A stretch of DNA of 64,000 bases from Lachnospiraceae bacterium UBA3866 (lineage in GTDB: Bacteria; Bacillota; Clostridia; Lachnospirales; Lachnospiraceae), in contig DGGU01000042.1 of assembly GCA_002392345.1 (NCBI GenBank), forward strand, positions 14,358 to 78,357, read 5' to 3'. The first letter of the stretch is position 1. The number at the start of each line of letters is the position of its first letter. The position numbers were made by a program, and so were the translations under genes. The notes beneath the pieces were generated by a model. The model saw only the letters and a list, made by a program, of their open reading frames with translations. It did not search any database and was not told the origin of the DNA. Of this stretch, positions 1 to 9,138 are shown in pieces.

Positions 1-1109
1 TATTTGCATTTGATGCACATATTGATACAGTTGGTATCGGAAATCGTGACAACTGGAACTTTGATCCATATGAAGGCTTTGAAGATGATACGAAAATTGG
101 AGGTCGTGGAGTATCTGACCAACTTGGTGGCATAGTTTCATCTGTATATGGCGCCAAAATCATGAAAGAGATGAATCTTATACCAGATGATGTAAAGATT
201 ATGGTTGTAGGCACAGTTCAGGAAGAAGATTGTGATGGACTTTGCTGGCAGTACATCATAAAAGAGGATAGGATAGTTCCTGAGTTTGTAGTTTCAACTG
301 AGCCTACTGATGGTGGTATCTATAGAGGCCATCGCGGCCGTATGGAGATAAGAGTAGATGTGAAAGGTATCTCATGCCATGGATCTGCACCAGAAAGAGG
401 TGATAATGCTATATATAAGATGGCAGATATATTAGAAGAAGTTAGAGCACTTAATGATAATGATGCTAATGGAGAGATCAAAGGACTAGTTAAGATGCTT
501 GATCCTAAGTTCAATAAAGAAGCCGAAGCAGCTAATTTCTTAGGTCGTGGTACAGTAACTGTATCGCAGATTGGCTATACATCACCAAGCCGCTGTGCTG
601 TTGCTGATGGATGCTGGGTGTCACTTGATAGAAGAATGACTGCAGGCGAGACATTTGAATCATGTCTTCAAGAGATAAGAAACTTGCCTGCTTGCAAGAA
701 ATATGAAAAGGATGTGAAAGTCTCTATGTACAATTATGATTCAGCATCTTATACAGGACTTGTATATCCTATAGAATGTTATTTCCCAACTTGGTGGCTT
801 ACTCCTGAAGATCCACTTTGCAAATCTATGGTTGAGACATATAAGAGTCTTTTCAATACTGATAAGAGAATGGGCGAGAGTGATACACTAGAGATGAGAG
901 AGAAGAGGCCACTACTTGATAAGTGGACATTCTCAACTAATGGTGTAACTATCAAAGGAAGAAATGGTGTAGACTGTATAGGATTTGGACCAGGTGCTGA
1001 AAGTCAGGCTCATGCACCTAATGAGATAACTTGGAAGAAGGACCTTGTAACATGTGCTGCTATGTATGCGGCTCTTCCAACTACTCATGCTGAAAATGTA
1101 AAGAAATAA
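1..1109 (+). CDS. ygeY: YgeY-like M20 peptidase (putative selenium-metabolism hydrolase); 5' end lies outside the window
   Basis: The frame of ORF 162..1109 stays open to the window edge (from nt 3: [26 protein letters not shown]...[11 protein letters not shown]). This is M20/ArgE-DapE-like sequence, and it lies next to ygeW as in the E. coli ygeW-ygeY region. Confidence 0.8.
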   Translation, partial: FAFDAHIDTVGIGNRDNWNFDPYEGFEDDTKIGGRGVSDQLGGIVSSVYGAKIMKEMNLIPDDVKIMVVGTVQEEDCDGLCWQYIIKEDRIVPEFVVSTEPTDGGIYRGHRGRMEIRVDVKGISCHGSAPERGDNAIYKMADILEEVRALNDNDANGEIKGLVKMLDPKFNKEAEAANFLGRGTVTVSQIGYTSPSRCAVADGCWVSLDRRMTAGETFESCLQEIRNLPACKKYEKDVKVSMYNYDSASYTGLVYPIECYFPTWWLTPEDPLCKSMVETYKSLFNTDKRMGESDTLEMREKRPLLDKWTFSTNGVTIKGRNGVDCIGFGPGAESQAHAPNEITWKKDLVTCAAMYAALPTTHAENVKK

Positions 1110-1110
1110 A

Positions 1111-1138
1111 CGTATGGGCGAGCTATGCGAACCCGGAA
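1111..1138 (+). repeat. Degenerate REP copy (CGTATGGGCGAGCTATGCGAACCCGGAA)
   Basis: 24/28 identity to the copy at 11480 (CGTAGGGGCGAGCACTGCGAGCCCGGAA). It has the same placement, between a stop codon and the next RBS. Confidence 0.55.
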
Positions 1139-1152
1139 AAGGAGATAAATTT

Positions 1153-2343
1153 ATGGATTTCAGTAAGGCAATAGAAAAATTAAGTAAACTAAATTTCAAA
1201 AATATGTACGAGGGAGATTTTTTCCTAACTTGGGACAAGACTGATGATGAGATAAAGGCAGTATGGGAAGTTGCAGATGCACTTCGTGCACTCCGTGAGA
1301 GAAATATCTCTACTAAAGTATTTGACTCAGGACTTGGTATATCACTATTCCGTGATAATTCAACAAGGACAAGATTTTCATTTGCATCAGCTTGCAATCT
1401 TCTTGGACTTGAAGTTCAAGACCTCGACGAAGGTAAATCACAGATTGCTCACGGTGAGACTGTTCGTGAGACAGCCAATATGATTTCATTTATGGCCGAT
1501 GTAATTGGTATAAGAGATGACATGTATATTGGTAAAGGCCACACATATCAAAAAGCTGTAGTTGATGCAGTTACTGAAGGCTATAAGGCGGGAGTTCTTG
1601 AGCAGAAGCCTACTCTTGTAAATCTTCAGTGTGATATAGATCACCCAACGCAAGTGATGGCAGATGCACTTCATGTTATCCATGAGTTTGGCGGCATCGA
1701 GAATCTTAAAGGCAAAAAGATTGCTATGACTTGGGCTTATAGCCCATCATATGGAAAGCCTCTCTCAGTTCCACAAGGTGTAATTGGACTTTTCACTCGT
1801 CTTGGTATGGATGTGATGCTCGCTCATCCAGAAGGCTATGAAGTTATGCCAGAGGTTGAAGAAGTTGCAAAGAAAAATGCAGCTGCTACAGGTGGCAAGT
1901 TCACTAAGACAAATGATATGAAAGAAGCATTCAAAGATGCTGATATAGTATATCCAAAATCATGGGCACCATTTAAAGCAATGGAGAAGAGAACTGATCT
2001 CTATGGCAAAGGCGATATGGATGGTATAAAAGCACTTGAGAAAGAACTTCTTGCACAAAATGCAAATCATAAAGACTGGGCTTGCACAGAAGAGATGATG
2101 AAACTTACTAAAGGTGGTAAAGCCCTCTATCTTCACTGTCTACCTGCAGACATAACTGGAGTATCTTGTGAGACAGGAGAAGTTGATGCATCAGTTTTTG
2201 ATAGATATAGAGATCCACTTTATAAGGAAGCAAGTTTTAAACCATATGTAATAGCAGCTATGATATTCCTTGCTAAGTTTAAAGATCCTATAGCAACACT
2301 TAAAGCACTTGAAAAAGATGGCAAAGTAAGAGTACACGCATAA
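1153..2343 (+). CDS. ygeW: YgeW-type knotted carbamoyltransferase (ATCase/OTCase family)
   Basis: STRTRFSF carbamoyl-phosphate motif, DHPTQ and HCLPA motifs. Start moved to ATG 1153, which follows RBS GGAGA; the track start at 1114 lies inside the REP copy. Confidence 0.85.
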   Translation: MDFSKAIEKLSKLNFKNMYEGDFFLTWDKTDDEIKAVWEVADALRALRERNISTKVFDSGLGISLFRDNSTRTRFSFASACNLLGLEVQDLDEGKSQIAHGETVRETANMISFMADVIGIRDDMYIGKGHTYQKAVVDAVTEGYKAGVLEQKPTLVNLQCDIDHPTQVMADALHVIHEFGGIENLKGKKIAMTWAYSPSYGKPLSVPQGVIGLFTRLGMDVMLAHPEGYEVMPEVEEVAKKNAAATGGKFTKTNDMKEAFKDADIVYPKSWAPFKAMEKRTDLYGKGDMDGIKALEKELLAQNANHKDWACTEEMMKLTKGGKALYLHCLPADITGVSCETGEVDASVFDRYRDPLYKEASFKPYVIAAMIFLAKFKDPIATLKALEKDGKVRVHA

Positions 2344-2370
2344 AACTAAAAATAAAGGAGAACATTAGTT

Positions 2371-2967
2371 ATGAAAGAATTAAAAAAGATGAAAATTATG
2401 ACATCAATAGTAGGTGTCCTTATGATTGTTGTAGGAATTTTGTTTTGTATATATCCTATAACATCATCATATGCTGCAGTTAAAGCTATTGCAGCTTTAT
2501 TTGTGGTATCAGGCATAATCAATATCGTTGGACATTTCCAATATAAGAATCTTGAAATGCTTCTCAACCGCAATGGTTTCTTAATTGGAATTTTAGATAT
2601 TATAATGGGTATAGTGATGTTTAAAGAAGAAACCATATCTATACTTGCGCTTTCTATAATGTTCAGCATGTATGTATTTTTTGCTGCTATAGAGATGTGT
2701 GAATATTCTGTAGCTATGAAGAGAGCAGGTGTAGATGGTTGGCTTCTAACTATGATTTTTTCTATATTATTAATCATAGATGCTGTAGTTATGATCGCCT
2801 TCCCAGGACTTGCATTTGGAACCATGACATTCTGGGTTGCATTCACTATGATGTTCACAGGAATATCTATCTTAGTTGGTGTATATAAAGTTAGCAATGC
2901 AGTTACAGTACATAAGGCTAATATGCAAAAAGTTGTAAATGATGTTAATAATACATTAAATGATTAG
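2371..2967 (+). CDS. HdeD/DUF308-like multi-pass membrane protein
   Basis: About six hydrophobic helices with repeated G-I-L-x-I-x-x-G-I type segments; RBS AAGGAG lies 11 nt upstream. Confidence 0.55.
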   Translation: MKELKKMKIMTSIVGVLMIVVGILFCIYPITSSYAAVKAIAALFVVSGIINIVGHFQYKNLEMLLNRNGFLIGILDIIMGIVMFKEETISILALSIMFSMYVFFAAIEMCEYSVAMKRAGVDGWLLTMIFSILLIIDAVVMIAFPGLAFGTMTFWVAFTMMFTGISILVGVYKVSNAVTVHKANMQKVVNDVNNTLND

Positions 2968-5900
2968 GTGAAGCTAGTAGCGACTAAAATAAAAAAACAT
3001 ATTGCGTGGATTTTAATCATTGCGATGATCCTCTCTTCGAATGCAATTATGGTTTTTGCAGAAGAGAATAATTTTATTGATGATTATAAAGAAACTGAAG
3101 GCAATAAAGTAGATAATTATGCTGTATATGAATCTGAGGAAGCTGAGATTATATATGAAGAAGAAACTATTGTCGGTAGTAGTAGTATTTTGCACGATGA
3201 AGAAGAATTAGAAGAAACGTTAGAAGAAGAATCAGAAGAAGAGTCAGAAGAAGAGTCAGAAGAAGATTCAATTGGTACTATATTATCAACAGAAAGTGAT
3301 GCTGACGAAGTTGGCTTTGAAGAGACTGAGATTGCTGCGTCAGTTAGGCAAACCCGAATAGCCAACGAAGAATTATTTGGCGCTGGGATACACAGTCATA
3401 AGATCTGTGGTGCAACTGGATCATGTATGCATACAACAGATATAGTTCCTGAACACATAGATGTCATAGATACTTGGCAAGCTCTGTCAACCCCATCAGA
3501 TGTATTAGATGATTCCATGGGACCATATTTTTATCTAACAGAAGATATGCAACTTGCTATTAGAGCAGTAACTAGGGACACATACATTTGTCTAAATGGA
3601 CATAAATTGACATATGCGGAAGACATCTACCAACCAACTTCTCATGTATATATATGTAATTGTAAGGATTATGCAGAAATTGATGATGCGGATTATAGCA
3701 TTACAACAAGTACTCAAATATATGGAAACATAACATATAGTTATGGTAAGCATATAGTAGATATTATTCCAAGCAATAGTAATCAAAACGTATATTTTTA
3801 TGGTGTTAATTTTGAACGAACTGGATCGGAAGAAGAAGAGGATTTTGTAATTGGTAGTAGTGATAGCTGCAAGATTACACTTGAAAAAGTAACTATGTTA
3901 AATTGCACCAAAACTTCCAATTTTTATACAGCAGGTTCAACGAATGGAGTTTTCAATATCATAGATTCTACTTTTGATTATGGAGGCAATGTAGTTTCTT
4001 ATGCTACTGCATCGCAAGTTAGAGGCTTCTTCCATGCACCTTATCAATCTAGTTATGCTGGAAATACTATCAATTTTAAAGGCAACAATGTTTTTAAAAA
4101 TTTAGTTTTAGAAAATCTTAGTTTGTTTAATACACAGAAAGTTGGACCATTACCAACTGATGCTGGCATACTTGGAGTTAATGGATTTGATATAAATGTT
4201 CTTGATGGAAATACTACATTTAGCAATATAGAGTTGATTGGCGATTATGCCAAAAATTTTATAGATAATAATGGTGGTGGCAAGTTAACTGTAAGTGAAT
4301 CTGCAACACTTGAATTAAATGGTATTGATTTAACTAATGATACATTTGAAGATCAGGATAGATTTTTATTATATCTTGATAACAATGATGAGATAAATGG
4401 AAATCTCATTATTGCTGGTTGCAAGAATAATGGTGATTATGGAAGGATTATAGATTTAAAGTCAAGTGAGACTTCACTTCCAGGTTATTTTAATATTGGT
4501 GATGGTAAATTATATATAGCTGATAATGAGGATGGTACCAGTGATAGTAATGTTGCAGGTATATTTTCAGAAGTTCCTGTGGCGACGAATTCAAGCATTT
4601 TAAATGTTGCCAGTGGCAGGACGATTAATATAGAAACATATATTGAAGGTGTGGCCATGAGATATGTTGCTACCTCATCTGAATACCGCACCGGCAATGT
4701 AATATCTAGTTGGTCTTTAGTTTCAGGAGGAAGGACTTGCCAAGATGTATTCACTGCTTATGATTGGCCAGATGATGATAGAAACTTTGGAGTCATACTT
4801 GATGGAGAAACTGTAAAACTTAAGGAAGTAACGACATATAAAGTTGAATTTAGAAATAGATATAAGGCGACTGATAGTTCTATGCCTAAAAGCATGACTA
4901 TTAATGAAAATTGTAAAATTCCTAAAGTTGCCACGCCAAGTGTAGGAGCTTATGAGACATTTCTAGGCTGGTATACCGATCTAACTGACGATACAACAAA
5001 GTGGGATTTTGATATAGACAGAGTAACTGAAGATATTACCTTATATGAAAAAGTACAAAGCACTTTAAAATATAGGCTAGCATTTGACCCAAATGGCGGA
5101 GAAGGCTCTATGCCTGCATTAGATAATATGCCAGTTGGCGATTATATCTCGCTCGCTACTAATTCATATACCAAAGAAGGATATATATTTGTAGGCTGGT
5201 GTGAGGATAGTGCCCACGCTACACCTGATCTTTGGGAAACTGTGGATCATTGGCATGATAAGGCGACGGATTTTATATATTGGACCGATGCGGCAGATAC
5301 TACAAAAACTATCTATGCTGTGTGGGTAATAAATCATATGCATAAGATCTGTGGTGTGACTGGTGACTGTACTCATTATATAGAAGGAAATAATCATACG
5401 AGTGCTGTGAATTATGCACCATTAGTAGATGCGGCAGACTTGAATGATACGACAAAGAGTGCGTACTTATATCTCAATTCAGATATAACGATTACAAGTG
5501 AACTTACAAGAACAATTTATCTATGTTTGAATGGGCATACTTTAAATACCGATGTCTCTTTATCCAATATCTATATATGTAATTGTGGCGTAACTTCTAA
5601 TATTGTAGCGAAGAGTTATGTTATAGAAGGCGATGCAGAAGTTTATGGTCAAAATAAAAATATATCTTTTATAGCATCGCATAGTTTCGTTAGACTTACA
5701 ACTGATGATGTTGATAGTGTATTTTTGTCAGATGTAACACTAAGTGGAGAACTTACAGATGGTGTACATGTCAATGATATAGTACATGCAAGTAGCAGTG
5801 TTGTATATTTCAACGATGTCAATATTGATGATGTAACTGTATATAGAAGCATATTTAGAAATGGTGGCAATGCAACAATAAAATTCATTGACAATACATT

Positions 5901-8900
5901 TGATAGTATCAACACTCCTGATCGCTCTCTCTTTTCTTCGGTGGGCGTTGCGACAGTTGGAAATGTACATTTTATTGATGACAATATGTTAAGGAATATA
6001 AACTTACGTGGTACACCTAGTGTGCCTATCTATGATGACGCTGATAAATGGTCGTTATATATGATAGGTGGCACTACTGCATTTGATGACATCGGATTTG
6101 CTGATACTACTTTAGGATATATATTCCCAAAGCATGTGAAATTGGGCGATGCGTTTACTTTAGTTAATAAGCCTGCGACCTTATCAATTATTAATTGTAA
6201 GATTTTTAGACATGAAATGGATGAATCGATTATTGATTTAAATGATTTTGATGGCAATGTATTTGAAATATATGGTAACTTAATAATTAAAAATAATAAG
6301 TATGTAAATTGCAATACTCAGGCTTCTGTATTATCTATAATTAACACTCGAGATAAACAGATAAGGCTTGGTAGTAATTCCTATATAATTATAAGTGGCA
6401 ATAAACCATATAGTGACCAAGAAGGTATAATCGAGCAAACTGATATAAATGGACAACATATATATAGTTTATATAGTACTATAGCAGATAATGCAACTCC
6501 AATTTTTATGATGGCGAATGGGGCTACATTTGATACAAATATGTATATTGACGGCGTTGCATTTTCAACTGCAAGTAATCACAAAGGGCATATAATCAAC
6601 AACAATACTAATAGAAAATGTTTCGTTGCAGATACTTATAATTCATCTGACCCCACAACTGCATTAGACCTTGAATCAGGTCTATCAGATGATGGACTAC
6701 ATGTCGTAGTTGATGAACCTAAAGTATATTATAGTATAAAGTATAATGCCAATGGCGGAAGTGGCACGATGGCAGATAGAATGGACATATTGACAGGACT
6801 CACGATAACTCTTGATGCCAATGCTTATACGAAAACTGGTTATAGATTTGTAGGCTGGGCAACAAATAGTTCTGCTACTACTGCAACTTGGGTAGATTCT
6901 GATACAACTTTTTCACATAATGCAACACAAGGCGAAGAGTATAATCTATATGCAGTGTGGAAGGTAAATAAATATAAAGTTAGATACAATAAAAATGAAG
7001 GTGGCGGAGTTATAGCGACTGGCTCTACTCCATCCGAGATGACGGGTTATTCGACGATTAATTTAACTCTCGCAGATAATACCGGTGGAGATCAAGGCTC
7101 GCTAACATCGACGGGATATTATCTCGTAGGTTGGAATGAAAATGAATATGGTACAGGAGCTGAATATACACTCGGTGGAACCATGAATAAGATTATAGAT
7201 GCGGCAGATGATGGTATGACTATTGATCTATATGCAATGTGGAGCGATAAGGTACCATATGTTATAGTTTTAGATAATAATGGTGGGGTAGGTGCTGAGG
7301 TAGACATACCTGCAAAATCTGATCAGCCAAAAAGTATCCCTACTAATACATTTACTAGAGAGAATTATAAATTCATAGGCTGGAGTGAAGATGCTAGTAT
7401 AGATCCCACTACATTTGACCCATCTGTATCTGGAAATTATCGAGCAACTGATTCGGTTGTTAAAACAATCGATGAGGCTCACAAGTATATGAGGGTGACA
7501 CTTTATGCTGTATGGAAAAGGATAACTTATACACTTCATTATGAAGGAAATGGTCATGATGGCGGAACTATTCCTAGTGATATGGTAGGTGTGGAATCAG
7601 GCGCTACTATACAGTTATCACCATCAGTTCCACTTAAAACCAATTACAAGTTCATTGGATGGGCAACTAGCAGTACAGCATCGGTAGCTTCGTATCAGCC
7701 TAGCGGTAATATAAGTTTTACAATTGGCGAAAGTGAATATGATACTGGATCTGCAGAACCTGTAAGAAAAATATATGCTGTATGGAAAAAGATAACATAT
7801 ACATTAATTTATGATGGAAATGGTGGTGATGGTGGCGTAGTTCCTGATGCCCGTGAGAATATAGAATCAGGAGAGACTATTCAGCTTTCAACATCAAGAC
7901 CTACTAGGACAGATTATAAGTTCCTTGGCTGGTCAGCTAATAGCACTTCAGTAACCTCATCCTATCTACCAGGCGGGGATATAAGTCATATTATACCAGA
8001 AGACGAATATGATCCTGGATCTGCAGAACCTACAAGGACTATATATGCAGTGTGGATAAGGCTTACATATCAAGTTGTATATAATGGAAATGGGAATGAC
8101 GGAGGAACTGTTCCTCCAGGACACACTGGATATTCTGGAACTGCAACTACACTTAGAACCAATGAAAATAATCTAACGAAAACTGGATTATATTTAAATG
8201 GTTGGTCTACATCATCAACTGTAATAGTTGCTGATTATGAACTAGGTGGTTCTATGCAGATAACTATTGCCGAAGCTGAAGATGGAGATCCGATTACACT
8301 TTATGCAGTCTGGGGTAGAGTGCCATATAAAATTAGACTTAATAGCAATGGCGGTGCAGGAAGTGCTAAAGAATATAAAGCTCAGTCAGAAGTTGATTTT
8401 GCACTACCTAATAATACATTTACAAGGTCTAATTATACTTTTGTAGGTTGGAGTGAAAATAGTAACATAAATGCCAATACATTTGATCCATCTGCATCAG
8501 GAAATTATCCAGTGTCAGGCGGAGTAGTTTATAGAGTAGTTTCAGAGTCTGATGCCAACACATACTATGATTTATATGCTATATGGAAATATAATGGTGG
8601 TGGAGGTCGAGTTGTGCCAAGCGGAGGCGGTGGTGGTGGCGGAGGCGGAGGCGGTGGCGGCGGCGGAATTGGCGGAGCAAGTCTTGTAAGTAGCACTTTA
8701 ACAATGGCTGAAGGACCTTCTATAAATGCTTTATCAATTAGAGCAACAAAAACGATTAAAGAGACAGTAAGTCAAAGTAACAGTTCTTGGCAATATGATG
8801 TAATTAATAATAAATGGAGACTGCATGGCAATAATATGTCAGGTCAAGAAATAGATATATATGATGGCTTCTATCTCATGGGCAATAAAACATATTACTT

Positions 8901-9120
8901 TGATGGCGATGGATTCATGTACACAGGATATGTTAAAACCATGGATGGCAGAACATATTATTTTAGTGTAGATAAGCAAGTCGACGAAGGAGTTATGGCT
9001 GTTGGGTGGAAGAAGATACAGGATAGTTGGTATTATTTTGAACCAGATGGCTCTATGCTTAAAAATGGCACTACACCTGATGGACATAAAGTTGACTCCA
9101 ATGGTGTGTGGCAGCAATAA
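2968..9120 (+). CDS. Giant secreted cell-surface protein (2050 aa)
   Basis: GTG start with signal peptide MKLVATKIKKHIAWILIIAMILSSNAIMVFA and an acidic EESEE tract. Two copies of the HxHKICGxTGxCxH ... (I/L)CLNGHxL ... YICNC module. About 12 repeats with YxxNGG...Y.F.GW...LYAVW signatures (Flg_new/InlB B-repeat type), then a G14 run. The tail has YYF/GW cell-wall-binding repeats (GNKTYYFDGDGFMYTG, GWKKIQDSWYYFEPDGSM). Confidence 0.85.
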   Translation: MKLVATKIKKHIAWILIIAMILSSNAIMVFAEENNFIDDYKETEGNKVDNYAVYESEEAEIIYEEETIVGSSSILHDEEELEETLEEESEEESEEESEEDSIGTILSTESDADEVGFEETEIAASVRQTRIANEELFGAGIHSHKICGATGSCMHTTDIVPEHIDVIDTWQALSTPSDVLDDSMGPYFYLTEDMQLAIRAVTRDTYICLNGHKLTYAEDIYQPTSHVYICNCKDYAEIDDADYSITTSTQIYGNITYSYGKHIVDIIPSNSNQNVYFYGVNFERTGSEEEEDFVIGSSDSCKITLEKVTMLNCTKTSNFYTAGSTNGVFNIIDSTFDYGGNVVSYATASQVRGFFHAPYQSSYAGNTINFKGNNVFKNLVLENLSLFNTQKVGPLPTDAGILGVNGFDINVLDGNTTFSNIELIGDYAKNFIDNNGGGKLTVSESATLELNGIDLTNDTFEDQDRFLLYLDNNDEINGNLIIAGCKNNGDYGRIIDLKSSETSLPGYFNIGDGKLYIADNEDGTSDSNVAGIFSEVPVATNSSILNVASGRTINIETYIEGVAMRYVATSSEYRTGNVISSWSLVSGGRTCQDVFTAYDWPDDDRNFGVILDGETVKLKEVTTYKVEFRNRYKATDSSMPKSMTINENCKIPKVATPSVGAYETFLGWYTDLTDDTTKWDFDIDRVTEDITLYEKVQSTLKYRLAFDPNGGEGSMPALDNMPVGDYISLATNSYTKEGYIFVGWCEDSAHATPDLWETVDHWHDKATDFIYWTDAADTTKTIYAVWVINHMHKICGVTGDCTHYIEGNNHTSAVNYAPLVDAADLNDTTKSAYLYLNSDITITSELTRTIYLCLNGHTLNTDVSLSNIYICNCGVTSNIVAKSYVIEGDAEVYGQNKNISFIASHSFVRLTTDDVDSVFLSDVTLSGELTDGVHVNDIVHASSSVVYFNDVNIDDVTVYRSIFRNGGNATIKFIDNTFDSINTPDRSLFSSVGVATVGNVHFIDDNMLRNINLRGTPSVPIYDDADKWSLYMIGGTTAFDDIGFADTTLGYIFPKHVKLGDAFTLVNKPATLSIINCKIFRHEMDESIIDLNDFDGNVFEIYGNLIIKNNKYVNCNTQASVLSIINTRDKQIRLGSNSYIIISGNKPYSDQEGIIEQTDINGQHIYSLYSTIADNATPIFMMANGATFDTNMYIDGVAFSTASNHKGHIINNNTNRKCFVADTYNSSDPTTALDLESGLSDDGLHVVVDEPKVYYSIKYNANGGSGTMADRMDILTGLTITLDANAYTKTGYRFVGWATNSSATTATWVDSDTTFSHNATQGEEYNLYAVWKVNKYKVRYNKNEGGGVIATGSTPSEMTGYSTINLTLADNTGGDQGSLTSTGYYLVGWNENEYGTGAEYTLGGTMNKIIDAADDGMTIDLYAMWSDKVPYVIVLDNNGGVGAEVDIPAKSDQPKSIPTNTFTRENYKFIGWSEDASIDPTTFDPSVSGNYRATDSVVKTIDEAHKYMRVTLYAVWKRITYTLHYEGNGHDGGTIPSDMVGVESGATIQLSPSVPLKTNYKFIGWATSSTASVASYQPSGNISFTIGESEYDTGSAEPVRKIYAVWKKITYTLIYDGNGGDGGVVPDARENIESGETIQLSTSRPTRTDYKFLGWSANSTSVTSSYLPGGDISHIIPEDEYDPGSAEPTRTIYAVWIRLTYQVVYNGNGNDGGTVPPGHTGYSGTATTLRTNENNLTKTGLYLNGWSTSSTVIVADYELGGSMQITIAEAEDGDPITLYAVWGRVPYKIRLNSNGGAGSAKEYKAQSEVDFALPNNTFTRSNYTFVGWSENSNINANTFDPSASGNYPVSGGVVYRVVSESDANTYYDLYAIWKYNGGGGRVVPSGGGGGGGGGGGGGGGIGGASLVSSTLTMAEGPSINALSIRATKTIKETVSQSNSSWQYDVINNKWRLHGNNMSGQEIDIYDGFYLMGNKTYYFDGDGFMYTGYVKTMDGRTYYFSVDKQVDEGVMAVGWKKIQDSWYYFEPDGSMLKNGTTPDGHKVDSNGVWQQ

Positions 9121-9138
9121 TAATATAAGGAGCAAAAT

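Noticed and set aside
2346-2897. Long antisense ORFs inside strong sense genes, for example 2346..2897 (-), 933..1397 (-), 36294..36683 (-), 39154..39600 (-), 45035..45529 (-), 53727..54083 (-) and 54654..55061 (-).
   Set aside because: Each lies fully within a CDS that has clear family motifs on the opposite strand. Their products are low-complexity Ser/Ile/Leu-rich sequences typical of antisense frames in AT-rich DNA, and none has an RBS.
8590-8680. GC-rich island in the adhesin gene as another copy of the REP family.
   Set aside because: It is a GGN trinucleotide run, in frame and encoding poly-Gly, with no GTAG head or ACTGCGAGCC tail.
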